Below, in pieces: positions 28,328 through 37,368 of a stretch of 42,202 nt of DNA (position 1 is the stretch's first letter; every line of letters starts with the position of its first letter). Made by a program: the position numbers and the translations under genes. Under the pieces are notes generated by a model. It ran no database searches. It was not told where the DNA came from and was given only the letters and a program-made list of their open reading frames with translations. The stretch is from Capsulimonadales bacterium. GTDB taxonomy: Bacteria; Armatimonadota; Armatimonadia; Armatimonadales; Armatimonadaceae. Location of the stretch: NCBI GenBank assembly GCA_033762295.1, contig JANRLW010000096.1, positions 1 to 42,202 of the forward strand, in the 5' to 3' direction.

Positions 28328-29071
28328 GCGAAATTCGGGACGGCCGGTGAGGTCGGTGCTGACGATCGTGGGACACCACCACCGTTCAATGTGCGCGATG
28401 ACCCGCGCGGTCCCCTCGGAATGCGGAACGAACGGCGGCATCCGATGATTGTACATCGTATCGGTCAGGTCCCGTACCAGCGCGACCGGTTTCCCGAGTT
28501 TGACCAGGCGGCGGATACCGAACGGACGGCCCAGAACGCACATATTGGTATGCACCCCGGCGACCAGCACCTGATCGATCTCCCAGGCGGCCAGAAGGTT
28601 GAAGAACTCCTGCCCGTTATCGGTGATGGCGTCGCCGTCCTCGATCGCGATCGCCGGATGCTGCCGGGTCCAGGGACTGCCGTGCGGACACGGCGGTTCG
28701 CAGTCGCAGCCGCCGTCCGAATCGTCGATCGGCAGAGGGGGTTCCAGCGACGGATCGAGCGGTTCCCAGTTCCCGATCCACGCCGGGGCGGCGATATACG
28801 GAGCCGTGCGCACCTTGTCGCGGGCAGGCATTCCGGAATAGAAGCCGATCGTATCGCTCGGCGAGTGAACGATCCGCAGGCCCTGCCGCCGGGCGTCCGC
28901 GACCAGTCCGCCAATCGCCGGGGCGAGTTGGTTCACGCGTTCCGTCGCTCCCTGACACCAGTGCCGGTCCCAGACGTCGCAGAGCAACAGAATCGTTCGG
29001 GCCGGATTTACTTCCGCTGTCGCCTCGGTGACCGCCCCATCCGCCGCGCGCCGTCGCAGATGCAGTTCCAT
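28319..29071 (-). CDS. Isochorismatase/cysteine hydrolase family protein
   Basis: LLCDVWDRHWC, IVHSPS, AGVHTNMCV (nucleophile Cys), VRDLTD. Confidence 0.85.
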   Translation of the reverse strand: MELHLRRRAADGAVTEATAEVNPARTILLLCDVWDRHWCQGATERVNQLAPAIGGLVADARRQGLRIVHSPSDTIGFYSGMPARDKVRTAPYIAAPAWIGNWEPLDPSLEPPLPIDDSDGGCDCEPPCPHGSPWTRQHPAIAIEDGDAITDNGQEFFNLLAAWEIDQVLVAGVHTNMCVLGRPFGIRRLVKLGKPVALVRDLTDTMYNHRMPPFVPHSEGTARVIAHIERWWCPTIVSTDLTGRPEFRLK

Positions 29072-29128
29072 CGTCGGGTTCCTCCCTTTTCGCCGCGCAG
29101 GAAGGATACCGGAATCGGGAGCGAAAAA

Positions 29129-29896
29129 TCAACGTCGGATCAGGCGGTAGTCGACCTGCGGCGGGCGGTAGGTTTCGTACGGCGTGCGCGGAGGCTGGCC
29201 TCCCAGAACCTTGATCAGGATCATTCCGGCGATAAAACCGCCGATATGCGCGAAGTAAGCGACGCCTCCGGTTTCCCCGCCCATCATCTCGGCCTTCAGC
29301 GACTGGGTCCATTGCGAGAAGAACTGGGAGACGATCCAGAAGCCGAGAAGAACCCAGGCGGGTACCCGAATCCAGGTCAGGATGAACCCGAGAAAGACGA
29401 GCGTGAGAACACGGGCGCGCGGGAATAGGACCAGATAGGCGCCGAGAACCCCGGCAATCGCGCCGGACGCCCCGAGGGTCGGAATCAGCGAGTTGGGCAT
29501 GCTGAAGATCTGGGTCGCCGCCGCCGCGACACCGCAGGCGACATAAAAGAAAAGATATTTGACGGACCCCAGGGCATCCTCGATATTGTTGCCGAAGATC
29601 GCCAGGAACAGCATATTTCCCGCCAGATGCAGCCAGCCGCCGTGCAGGAACATCGACGTCAAAATGGTCAGAAAAGTCGGCTGCAGGGTCGGCCCGTTGA
29701 TCGCGTGATCGATCCCGCGCGTCACCTCCGCCGGAATCAGCGTCCAACCGGCCAGGGGACCGGCCAGACCGCTGCGCGTCTCGAACATTCCTCCGCCGAA
29801 CGTCTGAAACAGGAAGAGCAGAACGTTGACGGCGATCAGCAGATAGGTGAGATAGGGAACCGAGCGGGTTGGGTTTTCATCGCGCAGCGGGATCAT
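29129..29896 (-). CDS. Rhomboid family intramembrane serine protease
   Basis: MIPLRDENP, SMFLHGGWLHLAGNMLFL, GASGAIAG, AHIGGF. Confidence 0.95.
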   Translation of the reverse strand: MIPLRDENPTRSVPYLTYLLIAVNVLLFLFQTFGGGMFETRSGLAGPLAGWTLIPAEVTRGIDHAINGPTLQPTFLTILTSMFLHGGWLHLAGNMLFLAIFGNNIEDALGSVKYLFFYVACGVAAAATQIFSMPNSLIPTLGASGAIAGVLGAYLVLFPRARVLTLVFLGFILTWIRVPAWVLLGFWIVSQFFSQWTQSLKAEMMGGETGGVAYFAHIGGFIAGMILIKVLGGQPPRTPYETYRPPQVDYRLIRR

Positions 29897-30058
29897 CCGG
29901 ACACCGGTCTTTCAAATGAGATGGCCTGGGCCTGTCTCTAAAGACGGGGATTTGCCGGGGGGAGTTTCCATCGGTTGCTACCGAGTCGCCACGTCACGGA
30001 GGGGTGCGCGACCGACCATTTCACGGTAAAATATCGGCGCGTTTTTCGTGACGCCTAT

Positions 30059-30129
30059 TCCGGGGTCGTTCAAAGGCAGGACAAGAGAATTTGGATCTCT
30101 ATATCGGGGTTCGAGTCCCTGCCCCGGAG
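30059..30129 (+). tRNA. tRNA-Gln (anticodon TTG); CCA not encoded
   Basis: Acceptor stem TCCGGGG/CCCCGGA. D arm GTTC/GGAC. Anticodon stem AGAGA/TCTCT with loop ATTTGGA (TTG at 30091-30093). T arm CGGGG-TTCGAGT-CCCTG. Discriminator G. Confidence 0.93.
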
Positions 30130-30153
30130 TTAACGCACCCGCCGATCAATAAT

Positions 30154-30183
30154 GCCGCCCGGGCCATGGATGGCCCGGGCGGC
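30154..30183. terminator. Hairpin between the tRNA and the convergent roadblock genes
   Basis: 14-bp inverted repeat GCCGCCCGGGCCAT / ATGGCCCGGGCGGC. Confidence 0.7.
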
Positions 30184-30205
30184 GCGGTTCGTCCGAAAAG
30201 TTCGC

Positions 30206-30607
30206 TTAGAACGCGGCTTCCAGTGCGGGAACGGCGGCACGCGCCTTGGTGAGCGCCATACCGATGTTGACTCCCTTGCGGCAGACGAAGACGCAAACAT
30301 GGTCGGTCAGTTTGCCGCCGCGGATGAACACGTGAAGCAGGTTGTCGCTGAAGACGACGATTTCCTGGAAATAGTGGCGGGCATCGGTGACGCCACGTCT
30401 CTTCTTGAAGATATTTTCGATTTCAACAACCGTCTTGCCCTGGAAAAGGTCGGCGGTCGCGGCCGCAACCAGGTCCAGAACCTCGCTCGGATGGGAGTCA
30501 ACGGTCTTCACGCCGAGAAGCATCCCGGATTCGGTATCGACATAACCGGCGGCAACACATTCCGGAACCGCCTTCACCGCCTCGTCCAACGCCTTATCAA
30601 GAGACAT
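30206..30607 (-). CDS. Roadblock/LC7 (MglB-like) fold protein
   Basis: VPECVAAGYVDTESGMLLG, EIVVFSDNLLHVF, NIGMALTKAR. AAAGGA RBS. Confidence 0.75.
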   Translation of the reverse strand: MSLDKALDEAVKAVPECVAAGYVDTESGMLLGVKTVDSHPSEVLDLVAAATADLFQGKTVVEIENIFKKRRGVTDARHYFQEIVVFSDNLLHVFIRGGKLTDHVCVFVCRKGVNIGMALTKARAAVPALEAAF

Positions 30608-30710
30608 GTTCGTTCCTTTTCTGTCGGCATCGGGCCGACACCGTAGTTTCGATCGGGTATTTCCGGTACACAGGGAGAGATAAATCGTCCAATTTCGGAC
30701 GGAAACGGCA

Positions 30711-31070
30711 TCAGATAATCATGTCCTCTTCGATCTGTTTCAGCCGGTAACGAATCATGCCCAGGTTGGCGCGTTGCCGGTTGAGTTCGACGAAAAGCAT
30801 ATGATCTCTGCCATCTCCGACCAGTCGTAACATCGTGTAATGGGTGGCCGACGTGATGAGAATGTCCTCAAGGCAGTCCTGTCGACTGAGGGCGGAGTTC
30901 GCTCGCAGTTTGGCCCGTAAAATGTCGACATGCGCTGCCGCATCGACATCGGTATCAGGACCGCCCGCAGCGATCGCCAGTGTAATCCCACTTTTCAAAT
31001 CGACCAGAGCGGCGCAAAGGATACCTTCCAATTCGGTGATTCGCTTGAGTGATTCACGAATGTTTGCCAT
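30711..31070 (-). CDS. Roadblock/LC7 (MglB-like) fold protein
   Basis: LEGILCAALVDLKSGITLA, LRAK, LEDILIT, RANLGMIRYRLK. AAAGGA RBS. Confidence 0.78.
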   Translation of the reverse strand: MANIRESLKRITELEGILCAALVDLKSGITLAIAAGGPDTDVDAAAHVDILRAKLRANSALSRQDCLEDILITSATHYTMLRLVGDGRDHMLFVELNRQRANLGMIRYRLKQIEEDMII

Positions 31071-31213
31071 GATTCAGGCAGTTCCTTTCAACCCTTTCGG
31101 ACCTTGCCTTGCCCCTGCATTCCGCGATCCGGCGGAGATACCGCACGAGGAGGCACGGCACGCGCCGCTCGACGAAAAGGAATCCGATGGCAAAGGAGGC
31201 CCGACACCGTAGA

Positions 31214-31240
31214 TTATTGGCAGACAGACGTCGCGCTTTA
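31214..31240 (-). promoter_or_regulatory. Candidate sigma-28 (FliA/SigD/WhiG-type) promoter
   Basis: Minus strand TAAA-N15-GCCAATAA versus the consensus TAAA-N15-GCCGATAA: one mismatch and exact spacing. It points into the roadblock pair. Confidence 0.6.
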
Positions 31241-31422
31241 TCCCTTTTCAATGAAATTCTAAAAAAATATATGTCAATAAATTTGTCAATCTAAAAGTTC
31301 CCGGAAACTTTTCGGACGCCGGGTCGGCGGGCGCGAAGGACTTCGGACGCCCGCCGGCGAATACCGAAAATGGCGGGGCGGCCAACGGACGCCGGCTCGT
31401 CGGACAGGTCAAGGCAACCCGT

Positions 31423-34400
31423 ATGCGAATCGCGCCCCCCGGCCGGACCCTACCCCTCCCGATACTCGGCGCCGTCCTGCTGATCTGCGCCCTGGCCTCC
31501 GCACAGCGGCCCCCGTCCCGACGCGTCGACTATGACCGTGACATCGCCCCGATCCTGAAAGCGCATTGCTACGTCTGCCACGGCGCGGCGTCCGCTCAGG
31601 GCGGACTGCGGGTCGATACCCCGGAACTCCTGCTGCGCGGCGGCGTCAGCGGACCGGCTGTCGTCCCACGAAATCGCGCGAAAAGTCTTCTTCTCTCCCG
31701 GCTGACCGGCCACGACGGCAAGCCGCGTATGCCGCTCGGTTTCACCCCGTTGACCGACGCCCGAATCGCCCGGATCGGGGCATGGATCGATCAGGGAGCG
31801 GTTCGAAGCGGGAAACCCGCTCCCGTCCACTGGGCGTTCGCCCCGCTGCGCCGACCGACCATCCCGGTCGTCCGACAGCGCGCCTGGGTCCGGAATCCGA
31901 TCGACGCGTTCGTTCTCGCCCGCCTGGAAAAGGCGGGACTCCACCCGTCGCCCCCCGCCGATCGTGTGACCCTGCTCCGGCGCGTGACGTTCGACCTGAC
32001 CGGCCTGCCACCGACCCCGGAAGCGGTCGACGCCTTCGTCGCCGACCGCTCGCCCGACGCCTACGAGAAAGCGGTCGACCGCCTGCTGGCCTCCCCGCAC
32101 TACGGCGAACGGATGGCGTTCCCCTGGCTCGACGCCGCCCGGTACGCCGACAGCAACGGTTTCCAGCAGGACGGAGATACCTATCAGTATGTCTGGCGTG
32201 ACTGGGTCGTCCGCGTCCTCAATGCCGATCTGCCGTTCGATCGCTTCACCTACCTGCAGATGGCGGGTGACCTGATGCCCGAAGCCGGTCCGCAGGAGCA
32301 ACTGGCGACCGGTTTCCATCGTTGCCACCTGCTCAACGGCGAGGGAGGCGCAATCCCTGAGGAGCAGCGCAACGTTATCCTCTTCGACCGGGTCGATGTC
32401 ACCGCCACCACCTGGCTCGGACTGACCCTGTCCTGCGCCCAGTGCCACGACCACAAGTATGATCCGATCACCCAGCGCGACTACTACTCGTTTCTTGCCT
32501 ACTTTAATCAGGTGCCGGAGAGCGGGGTGCCGCCGGGCGGCGGGCAGTACCGGATCGCCGAACCGGCGATAACGATGGGCAGCGACGAGGAGATGGCGAA
32601 ACTCCGGCGGCTGGAGGCCGAGGTGAAAACCGCACGGGCCGACGAGGACGCCTACCGGGAGACGGAGAGCGCCGCCCTGGCGACCGCGCAACGGGCGTGG
32701 GAAGACGAACGCCGCCGCGACACGGACGTCCGGCCGCAGTGGAGCGAATGGTATACGGTCGGCCCCTTCGTCGCCGATACCTTCGACGCGGCTTTTGACA
32801 GGGTATTCCCGCCCGAAATCGGCGTCGATCTCACGACGGCGTACGAAGACGGCAAACTGCCCTGGAAGGCCCGCCCGGAATGGACGGATGGCAGATCCTA
32901 CGCACTCACGGGGGAACGGTCGGCCTTCTATCTCTACCGGACCGTCCGCACGGGCCGCCCGCGTTCGGTCATCCTCTTCCTGGGCAGCGATGACGGGATC
33001 AAAGTCTGGCTGAACGGAAAGCCGGTCCTGTCGAACCGGGTGACACGCGGAGTCGCGCCCGATCAGGAAAAGGTTGCCGTCGATCTGGCGGCGGGCGAGA
33101 ATCATGTGCTCCTGAAGATCGTCAACGGCGGCGGCCCCGGCGGCTTCCATTTCCGCTCGCTCGATCAGGGGGTTCCTGACGATATTCTTGCGCTCATCCG
33201 GACACCGGAGACGGAGCGAACGCCCGAAAGCTCCGCGAAACTGCGTCGTTATTTTCTGGAGAACCATCCGCCCGACGAACTGAAGGCCCGCCGACAGCGA
33301 ACGCGGAACGCCGAGCAGGTGCGGAACGACTTCGTGAAGACTCTGCCCCGCGTGATGATCCTGTCGGACGCGCAGCCGCGCAAGACGCGAATCTTACAGC
33401 GTGGCAACTACGAGATGCCGGGCGAGGAGGTGACACCCGCTCCGCCCGCCTTCCTGCCCGCCCCGCCCGACGGCACGCCGAAAGACCGGCGCGGCCTCGC
33501 CGCCTGGCTGCTCGACGCCCGGAACCCGCTCACGGCGCGCGTACAGGTCAATCGATACTGGCAGCTTTTCTTCGGGCAGGGTCTGGCGAAAACCTCGGAG
33601 AACCTCGGTCTGCGCGGCGAACCGCCGACGCACCCGGAACTGCTCGACTGGCTGGCCGTCACCTTCCGTCAGCCCGGAGGCGCGTCGCCCTACGACTGCG
33701 GCTGGTCGATCAAGCGGTTGGTCCGCCTGATCGTCACCAGCGCGACCTACCGCCAGAGTTCACGCACCACACCGCTCCTGCGAAGACGCGACCCGGAGAA
33801 CCGTCTGCTTGCCCGCGGCGCCCGTTTCCGTCTGCCCGCCGCGTTCCTGCGCGATTCCGCTCTCGCGACCAGCGGGCTTCTCGATGCGCGACTCGGCGGA
33901 AAGCCGGTCTACCCGTACCAGCCGAAAGGCATCTGGGACGGACTGGCCATCACCAACGAACGCGACTTCACCTACCCGCAGTCCGGGGGCGCGGACCTCT
34001 ACCGCCGCAGTCTCTACACGTTCCAGCGGCGCACGGTCGCCCCGGCCAACATGTTCGATGCCTCGGTGCGCAATACCTGTCAGGTCCGGCCGAGCCTCAC
34101 CAATACGCCGCTTCATGCGCTGACGACGCTCAATGATACGACCTGGACGGAGGCGAGTCGCGCCCTGGCCGAACGCACGCTGCACGGACGCGCCGTCGCA
34201 ACCGACGCGCGCCTGGCCGAGATCTTCCGCCGGGTTTGCGGACGACGCCCGCATCGGACCGAACTCGCCATCCTGCGCCGTTGTCTCGAACGCTCCCGGA
34301 CGGCGTTCCGCGCCGATCCGAAAACCGCGGACGCCTTTCTTTCGATCGGTGACAGTCCGCGCGACCGCTCCCTCGACCCGGTCGAACATGCCGCCTATGC

Positions 34401-34452
34401 CAGTGTCTGTCTGGCTGTCTATAACCTCGATGAAGCGTTGACCCGGGAGTGA
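31423..34452 (+). CDS. Planctomycete cytochrome c / DUF1549 / DUF1553 (PSD1) protein with an internal PA14-like insert
   Basis: Signal peptide, CYVCH, HWAF, NPIDAFV, LRRVTFDLTGLPPT, PHYGERMA, CAQCHDHKYDPI, PTHPELLDWLA, NTPLHALTTLN. Insert LGSDDGIKVWLNGK...GENHVLLKI. Confidence 0.92.
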   Translation: MRIAPPGRTLPLPILGAVLLICALASAQRPPSRRVDYDRDIAPILKAHCYVCHGAASAQGGLRVDTPELLLRGGVSGPAVVPRNRAKSLLLSRLTGHDGKPRMPLGFTPLTDARIARIGAWIDQGAVRSGKPAPVHWAFAPLRRPTIPVVRQRAWVRNPIDAFVLARLEKAGLHPSPPADRVTLLRRVTFDLTGLPPTPEAVDAFVADRSPDAYEKAVDRLLASPHYGERMAFPWLDAARYADSNGFQQDGDTYQYVWRDWVVRVLNADLPFDRFTYLQMAGDLMPEAGPQEQLATGFHRCHLLNGEGGAIPEEQRNVILFDRVDVTATTWLGLTLSCAQCHDHKYDPITQRDYYSFLAYFNQVPESGVPPGGGQYRIAEPAITMGSDEEMAKLRRLEAEVKTARADEDAYRETESAALATAQRAWEDERRRDTDVRPQWSEWYTVGPFVADTFDAAFDRVFPPEIGVDLTTAYEDGKLPWKARPEWTDGRSYALTGERSAFYLYRTVRTGRPRSVILFLGSDDGIKVWLNGKPVLSNRVTRGVAPDQEKVAVDLAAGENHVLLKIVNGGGPGGFHFRSLDQGVPDDILALIRTPETERTPESSAKLRRYFLENHPPDELKARRQRTRNAEQVRNDFVKTLPRVMILSDAQPRKTRILQRGNYEMPGEEVTPAPPAFLPAPPDGTPKDRRGLAAWLLDARNPLTARVQVNRYWQLFFGQGLAKTSENLGLRGEPPTHPELLDWLAVTFRQPGGASPYDCGWSIKRLVRLIVTSATYRQSSRTTPLLRRRDPENRLLARGARFRLPAAFLRDSALATSGLLDARLGGKPVYPYQPKGIWDGLAITNERDFTYPQSGGADLYRRSLYTFQRRTVAPANMFDASVRNTCQVRPSLTNTPLHALTTLNDTTWTEASRALAERTLHGRAVATDARLAEIFRRVCGRRPHRTELAILRRCLERSRTAFRADPKTADAFLSIGDSPRDRSLDPVEHAAYASVCLAVYNLDEALTRE

Positions 34453-34461
34453 AGGAACCTG

Positions 34462-35934
34462 ATGACCCCCGAATTCGAAGATGCCCTGCAACTGACTCGC
34501 CGCCAGTTCTTCGGTCGGACCACCGGAGGGATCGGGATCGCCGCGCTGGCCGCCCTGCTGACGAGGGATGGCCTGGCGCAGCCGCCGACGCCCGGCAAGA
34601 GTCGGGGAACGCCTGCGCTGCCGGGCCTGCCACATCGCCCCCCCGCCGCGAAGCGGATGGTCGTCTGCTGGCAGGGCGGCGCGCCGTCGCACGTCGACCT
34701 GTTCGATGACAAGCCCGGCCTGTACGAACGGCGTGGCCAGCAGGTACCGGACTCCGTGCGCTCGAAAGCCCGCCTGTCGACCATGACCTCCGGGCAGAGA
34801 TCCTACCCGGTGCTGCCACCGATCCGGCCCTTCCGCGCGTACGGACAGTCGGGTATGCGCCTGTCGGAACTGCTCCCGCACCTCGGCTCGATCGCCGACG
34901 ATCTCTGCCTGATCCGCTCGCTCCGGACCGATGCCGTCAACCATGCGCCCGGCGTGACCTTCTTCCTCACGGGCAGCCAGATTCCGGGACGTCCGAGCAT
35001 GGGCGCGTGGGTCACCTACGGTCTGGGCAGCCTGACCGAGGACCTCCCCGGCTTCTGCGTCCTGACCTCCACCGATCAGGGAAAAACCTGCGGTCAACTC
35101 TTTTATGATTACTACTGGGGCAGCGGCTTCCTGCCGTCGAAATACCAGGGGGTGCGTTTCCGCAGCGACGGCGAACCGGTCCCTTACCTGAAAAATCCCG
35201 ACGGCATGTCGCGCGCCCTGCGCGAGGGAATGCTGAAGGACATCAACGATCTCAACCGGAAGCGTTTGACCGAATACGGCGACCCGGAGATCGAGACCCG
35301 GATCGCGCAGTACGAAATGGCCTTCCGGATGCAGATCAGTGTTCCCGAACTGCTCGACATCAAGACGGAGCCGGCCGCCGTGCTGGAGATGTACGGCCCG
35401 GACGTTCATCGTCCCGGTTCGTACGCCCGTAACTGCCTGCTCGCGCGCCGCCTGCTGGAACGGGGCGTCCGCTTTGTCCAGCTCATGCACTCCGGCTGGG
35501 ACCAGCATGGGAATCTGGGCACACAGCTGGCGATCCAGTGCCGCGATACCGATCAGCCGACCGCCGCTCTGGTCAAGGACCTGAAGCAACGCGGACTGCT
35601 GGACGAGACCATTGTCCTGTGGGGCGCGGAGTTCGGACGCACCCCGTTCGTTCAGGGCGACCTCAACAATCCGAACGGCTACGGCCGGGATCATCTGGGG
35701 TCCTGCTTCAGTCTCTGGGCGGCGGGCGGCGGCTTCCGGGGCGGCCTGACGTACGGGGAGACCGACGATTTCTGCTATAACGTCGCCAGAGACCCGGTGC
35801 CGGTCCACGACCTGCAGGCGACCCTGCTACACCAGCTCGGCATCGATCATACCCGCCTGACCTATCGCTACCAGGGCCGCGACTTCCGGCTGACCGACGT
35901 CTTCGGCAACGTGGTTCCCGCGCTGATCGCCTGA
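34462..35934 (+). CDS. DUF1501 domain protein (Tat signal, alkaline-phosphatase/sulfatase-like)
   Basis: LTRRQFFG, QGGAPSHVDLFD, GRPSMGAW, ARRLLERGVRFVQL, WDQH, EFGRTP, GRDH, RLTDV. Confidence 0.92.
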   Translation: MTPEFEDALQLTRRQFFGRTTGGIGIAALAALLTRDGLAQPPTPGKSRGTPALPGLPHRPPAAKRMVVCWQGGAPSHVDLFDDKPGLYERRGQQVPDSVRSKARLSTMTSGQRSYPVLPPIRPFRAYGQSGMRLSELLPHLGSIADDLCLIRSLRTDAVNHAPGVTFFLTGSQIPGRPSMGAWVTYGLGSLTEDLPGFCVLTSTDQGKTCGQLFYDYYWGSGFLPSKYQGVRFRSDGEPVPYLKNPDGMSRALREGMLKDINDLNRKRLTEYGDPEIETRIAQYEMAFRMQISVPELLDIKTEPAAVLEMYGPDVHRPGSYARNCLLARRLLERGVRFVQLMHSGWDQHGNLGTQLAIQCRDTDQPTAALVKDLKQRGLLDETIVLWGAEFGRTPFVQGDLNNPNGYGRDHLGSCFSLWAAGGGFRGGLTYGETDDFCYNVARDPVPVHDLQATLLHQLGIDHTRLTYRYQGRDFRLTDVFGNVVPALIA

Positions 35935-36176
35935 AAAGAGACGACAAAGAGAGACGACCATGGTCATCGAACATCCGGTGCTGAGAACGGGCGGCTTTTT
36001 GGGCAACAGAATCAGGACGAAACGTAAACCCCGTTAAGCACGTTTGCCCTCGCTCCCCTAATTATTTTCGATCCTCCGTCCGATAATTTCTTACAGGACC
36101 GGTCAGGTCCGCGATCTCTCCACATCAGGCAGGGTGCGGGATTCGTTTCGGGATCGCACCGCGAGAAAGGACGCCG

Positions 36177-37337
36177 ATGCCCCCCGGCACATCCGCCGAC
36201 CGTCACGTTCGCCTTCCATACATCGACGCCTTGCGCGGTATCGCCTGTCTCTGGGTGATTTTTTATCACGCTTCGATCTATGGAATGCCTCCGTTTCCGG
36301 AGCACTCGGACCCGCTTCTCGCCCCTTTCAACCCGCACTACGCGGTGTCGATCGGATACCTGGGCGTCCACCTGTTTCTGGTTCTCTCCGGTTTCTGCCT
36401 GACCTATCCGTTGCTTCGACGGACCCCGCTTTCGGAAGTTCGGCTCGACCTTCGGGACTTCGCTCGTCGTCGTGCGAAGCGGATTCTTCCCCCGTACTAC
36501 GTCGCTCTCGCTCTGTTCGCTCCGATTGCCTACGATGCTTCGTCTCCGCTGTATCATCCGACCGTGTGGTTCGATGTCCCCGCCCACCTTCTTCTGATCC
36601 ACAACGTGTTCCCCGAAACCATCAATACGATCAACGGCTCCTTCTGGTCCCTGGCGCTCGAATGCCAGCTTTACCTGCTCTTTCCGCTGCTGCTTGGCCT
36701 GGCCCGAAAATACGGTTTCGCGCCTCTACTGCTCCTGTCGCTGGCGATCGGGGTTCTCTGGCAGCGGGGATGCCTTGCCTTTCCGCCGCCCGCAGACACG
36801 TTCGAATGGAACGCGCCCCGTTTCTACGCGGTTCCCGGCCGGTTGTTTCAGTTCGTATGCGGCATGGCGGCGGCCTGCCTGATCACGGAAGGGCGGAGCA
36901 TCGGCCCCGAACGGATCTCCCGAGGCGCAATGGGAACCTTGGCAGCCATCGCCCCCATCGCGGTTCTCGCGACCCGGTCCGCGTCCTCGCAGTTTACCGT
37001 CTGGGCGGACCACCTCTGGGCGATCGTCTTCGCCGCTCTGGTCGTGACGCTGCATCAGGAGTCGCCTGCGCGGTTCGAGGGCCGGGTGGGTCGGATCATC
37101 GTCGGCGTTGGCACCCTTTCGTATTCGCTGTATCTGGTACATCAGCCGCTTCTCCAGTTGATTCGAGGACGCCTGCTGACGCTCACCGACCTTCCGCCGG
37201 TCGTGAACAGTTTCGTGTTCTGGCTGTTCGCCCTGCCACTGGTCATCATGGCCGGGCGAGTCTTCTACGGTCTCGTGGAATCCCCGAAATGGCGGCATTC
37301 GTCCCGCGCCGTTTCCGGCGAGCGCTCCGCCGTTTAG
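36177..37337 (+). CDS. Acyltransferase family 3 (OafA/YrhL-like) membrane protein
   Basis: IDALRGIA, GVHLFLVLSGF, RRRAKRILPPY, FWSLALECQLY, SYSLYLVHQP, VESP. Confidence 0.92.
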   Translation: MPPGTSADRHVRLPYIDALRGIACLWVIFYHASIYGMPPFPEHSDPLLAPFNPHYAVSIGYLGVHLFLVLSGFCLTYPLLRRTPLSEVRLDLRDFARRRAKRILPPYYVALALFAPIAYDASSPLYHPTVWFDVPAHLLLIHNVFPETINTINGSFWSLALECQLYLLFPLLLGLARKYGFAPLLLLSLAIGVLWQRGCLAFPPPADTFEWNAPRFYAVPGRLFQFVCGMAAACLITEGRSIGPERISRGAMGTLAAIAPIAVLATRSASSQFTVWADHLWAIVFAALVVTLHQESPARFEGRVGRIIVGVGTLSYSLYLVHQPLLQLIRGRLLTLTDLPPVVNSFVFWLFALPLVIMAGRVFYGLVESPKWRHSSRAVSGERSAV

Positions 37338-37368
37338 CGGTACGGGCCGCTCCGGCGATACCGGAGTG

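Noticed and set aside
30059..31300. tRNA-anchored genomic island or prophage
   Set aside because: I found no duplicate of the tRNA 3' end and no integrase or phage genes in the window.
35935..35965. Short AAAGAGACGAC / AAAGAGAGACGAC repeat after DUF1501
   Set aside because: Two imperfect copies with no spacers. It is not CRISPR-like and is probably slippage.
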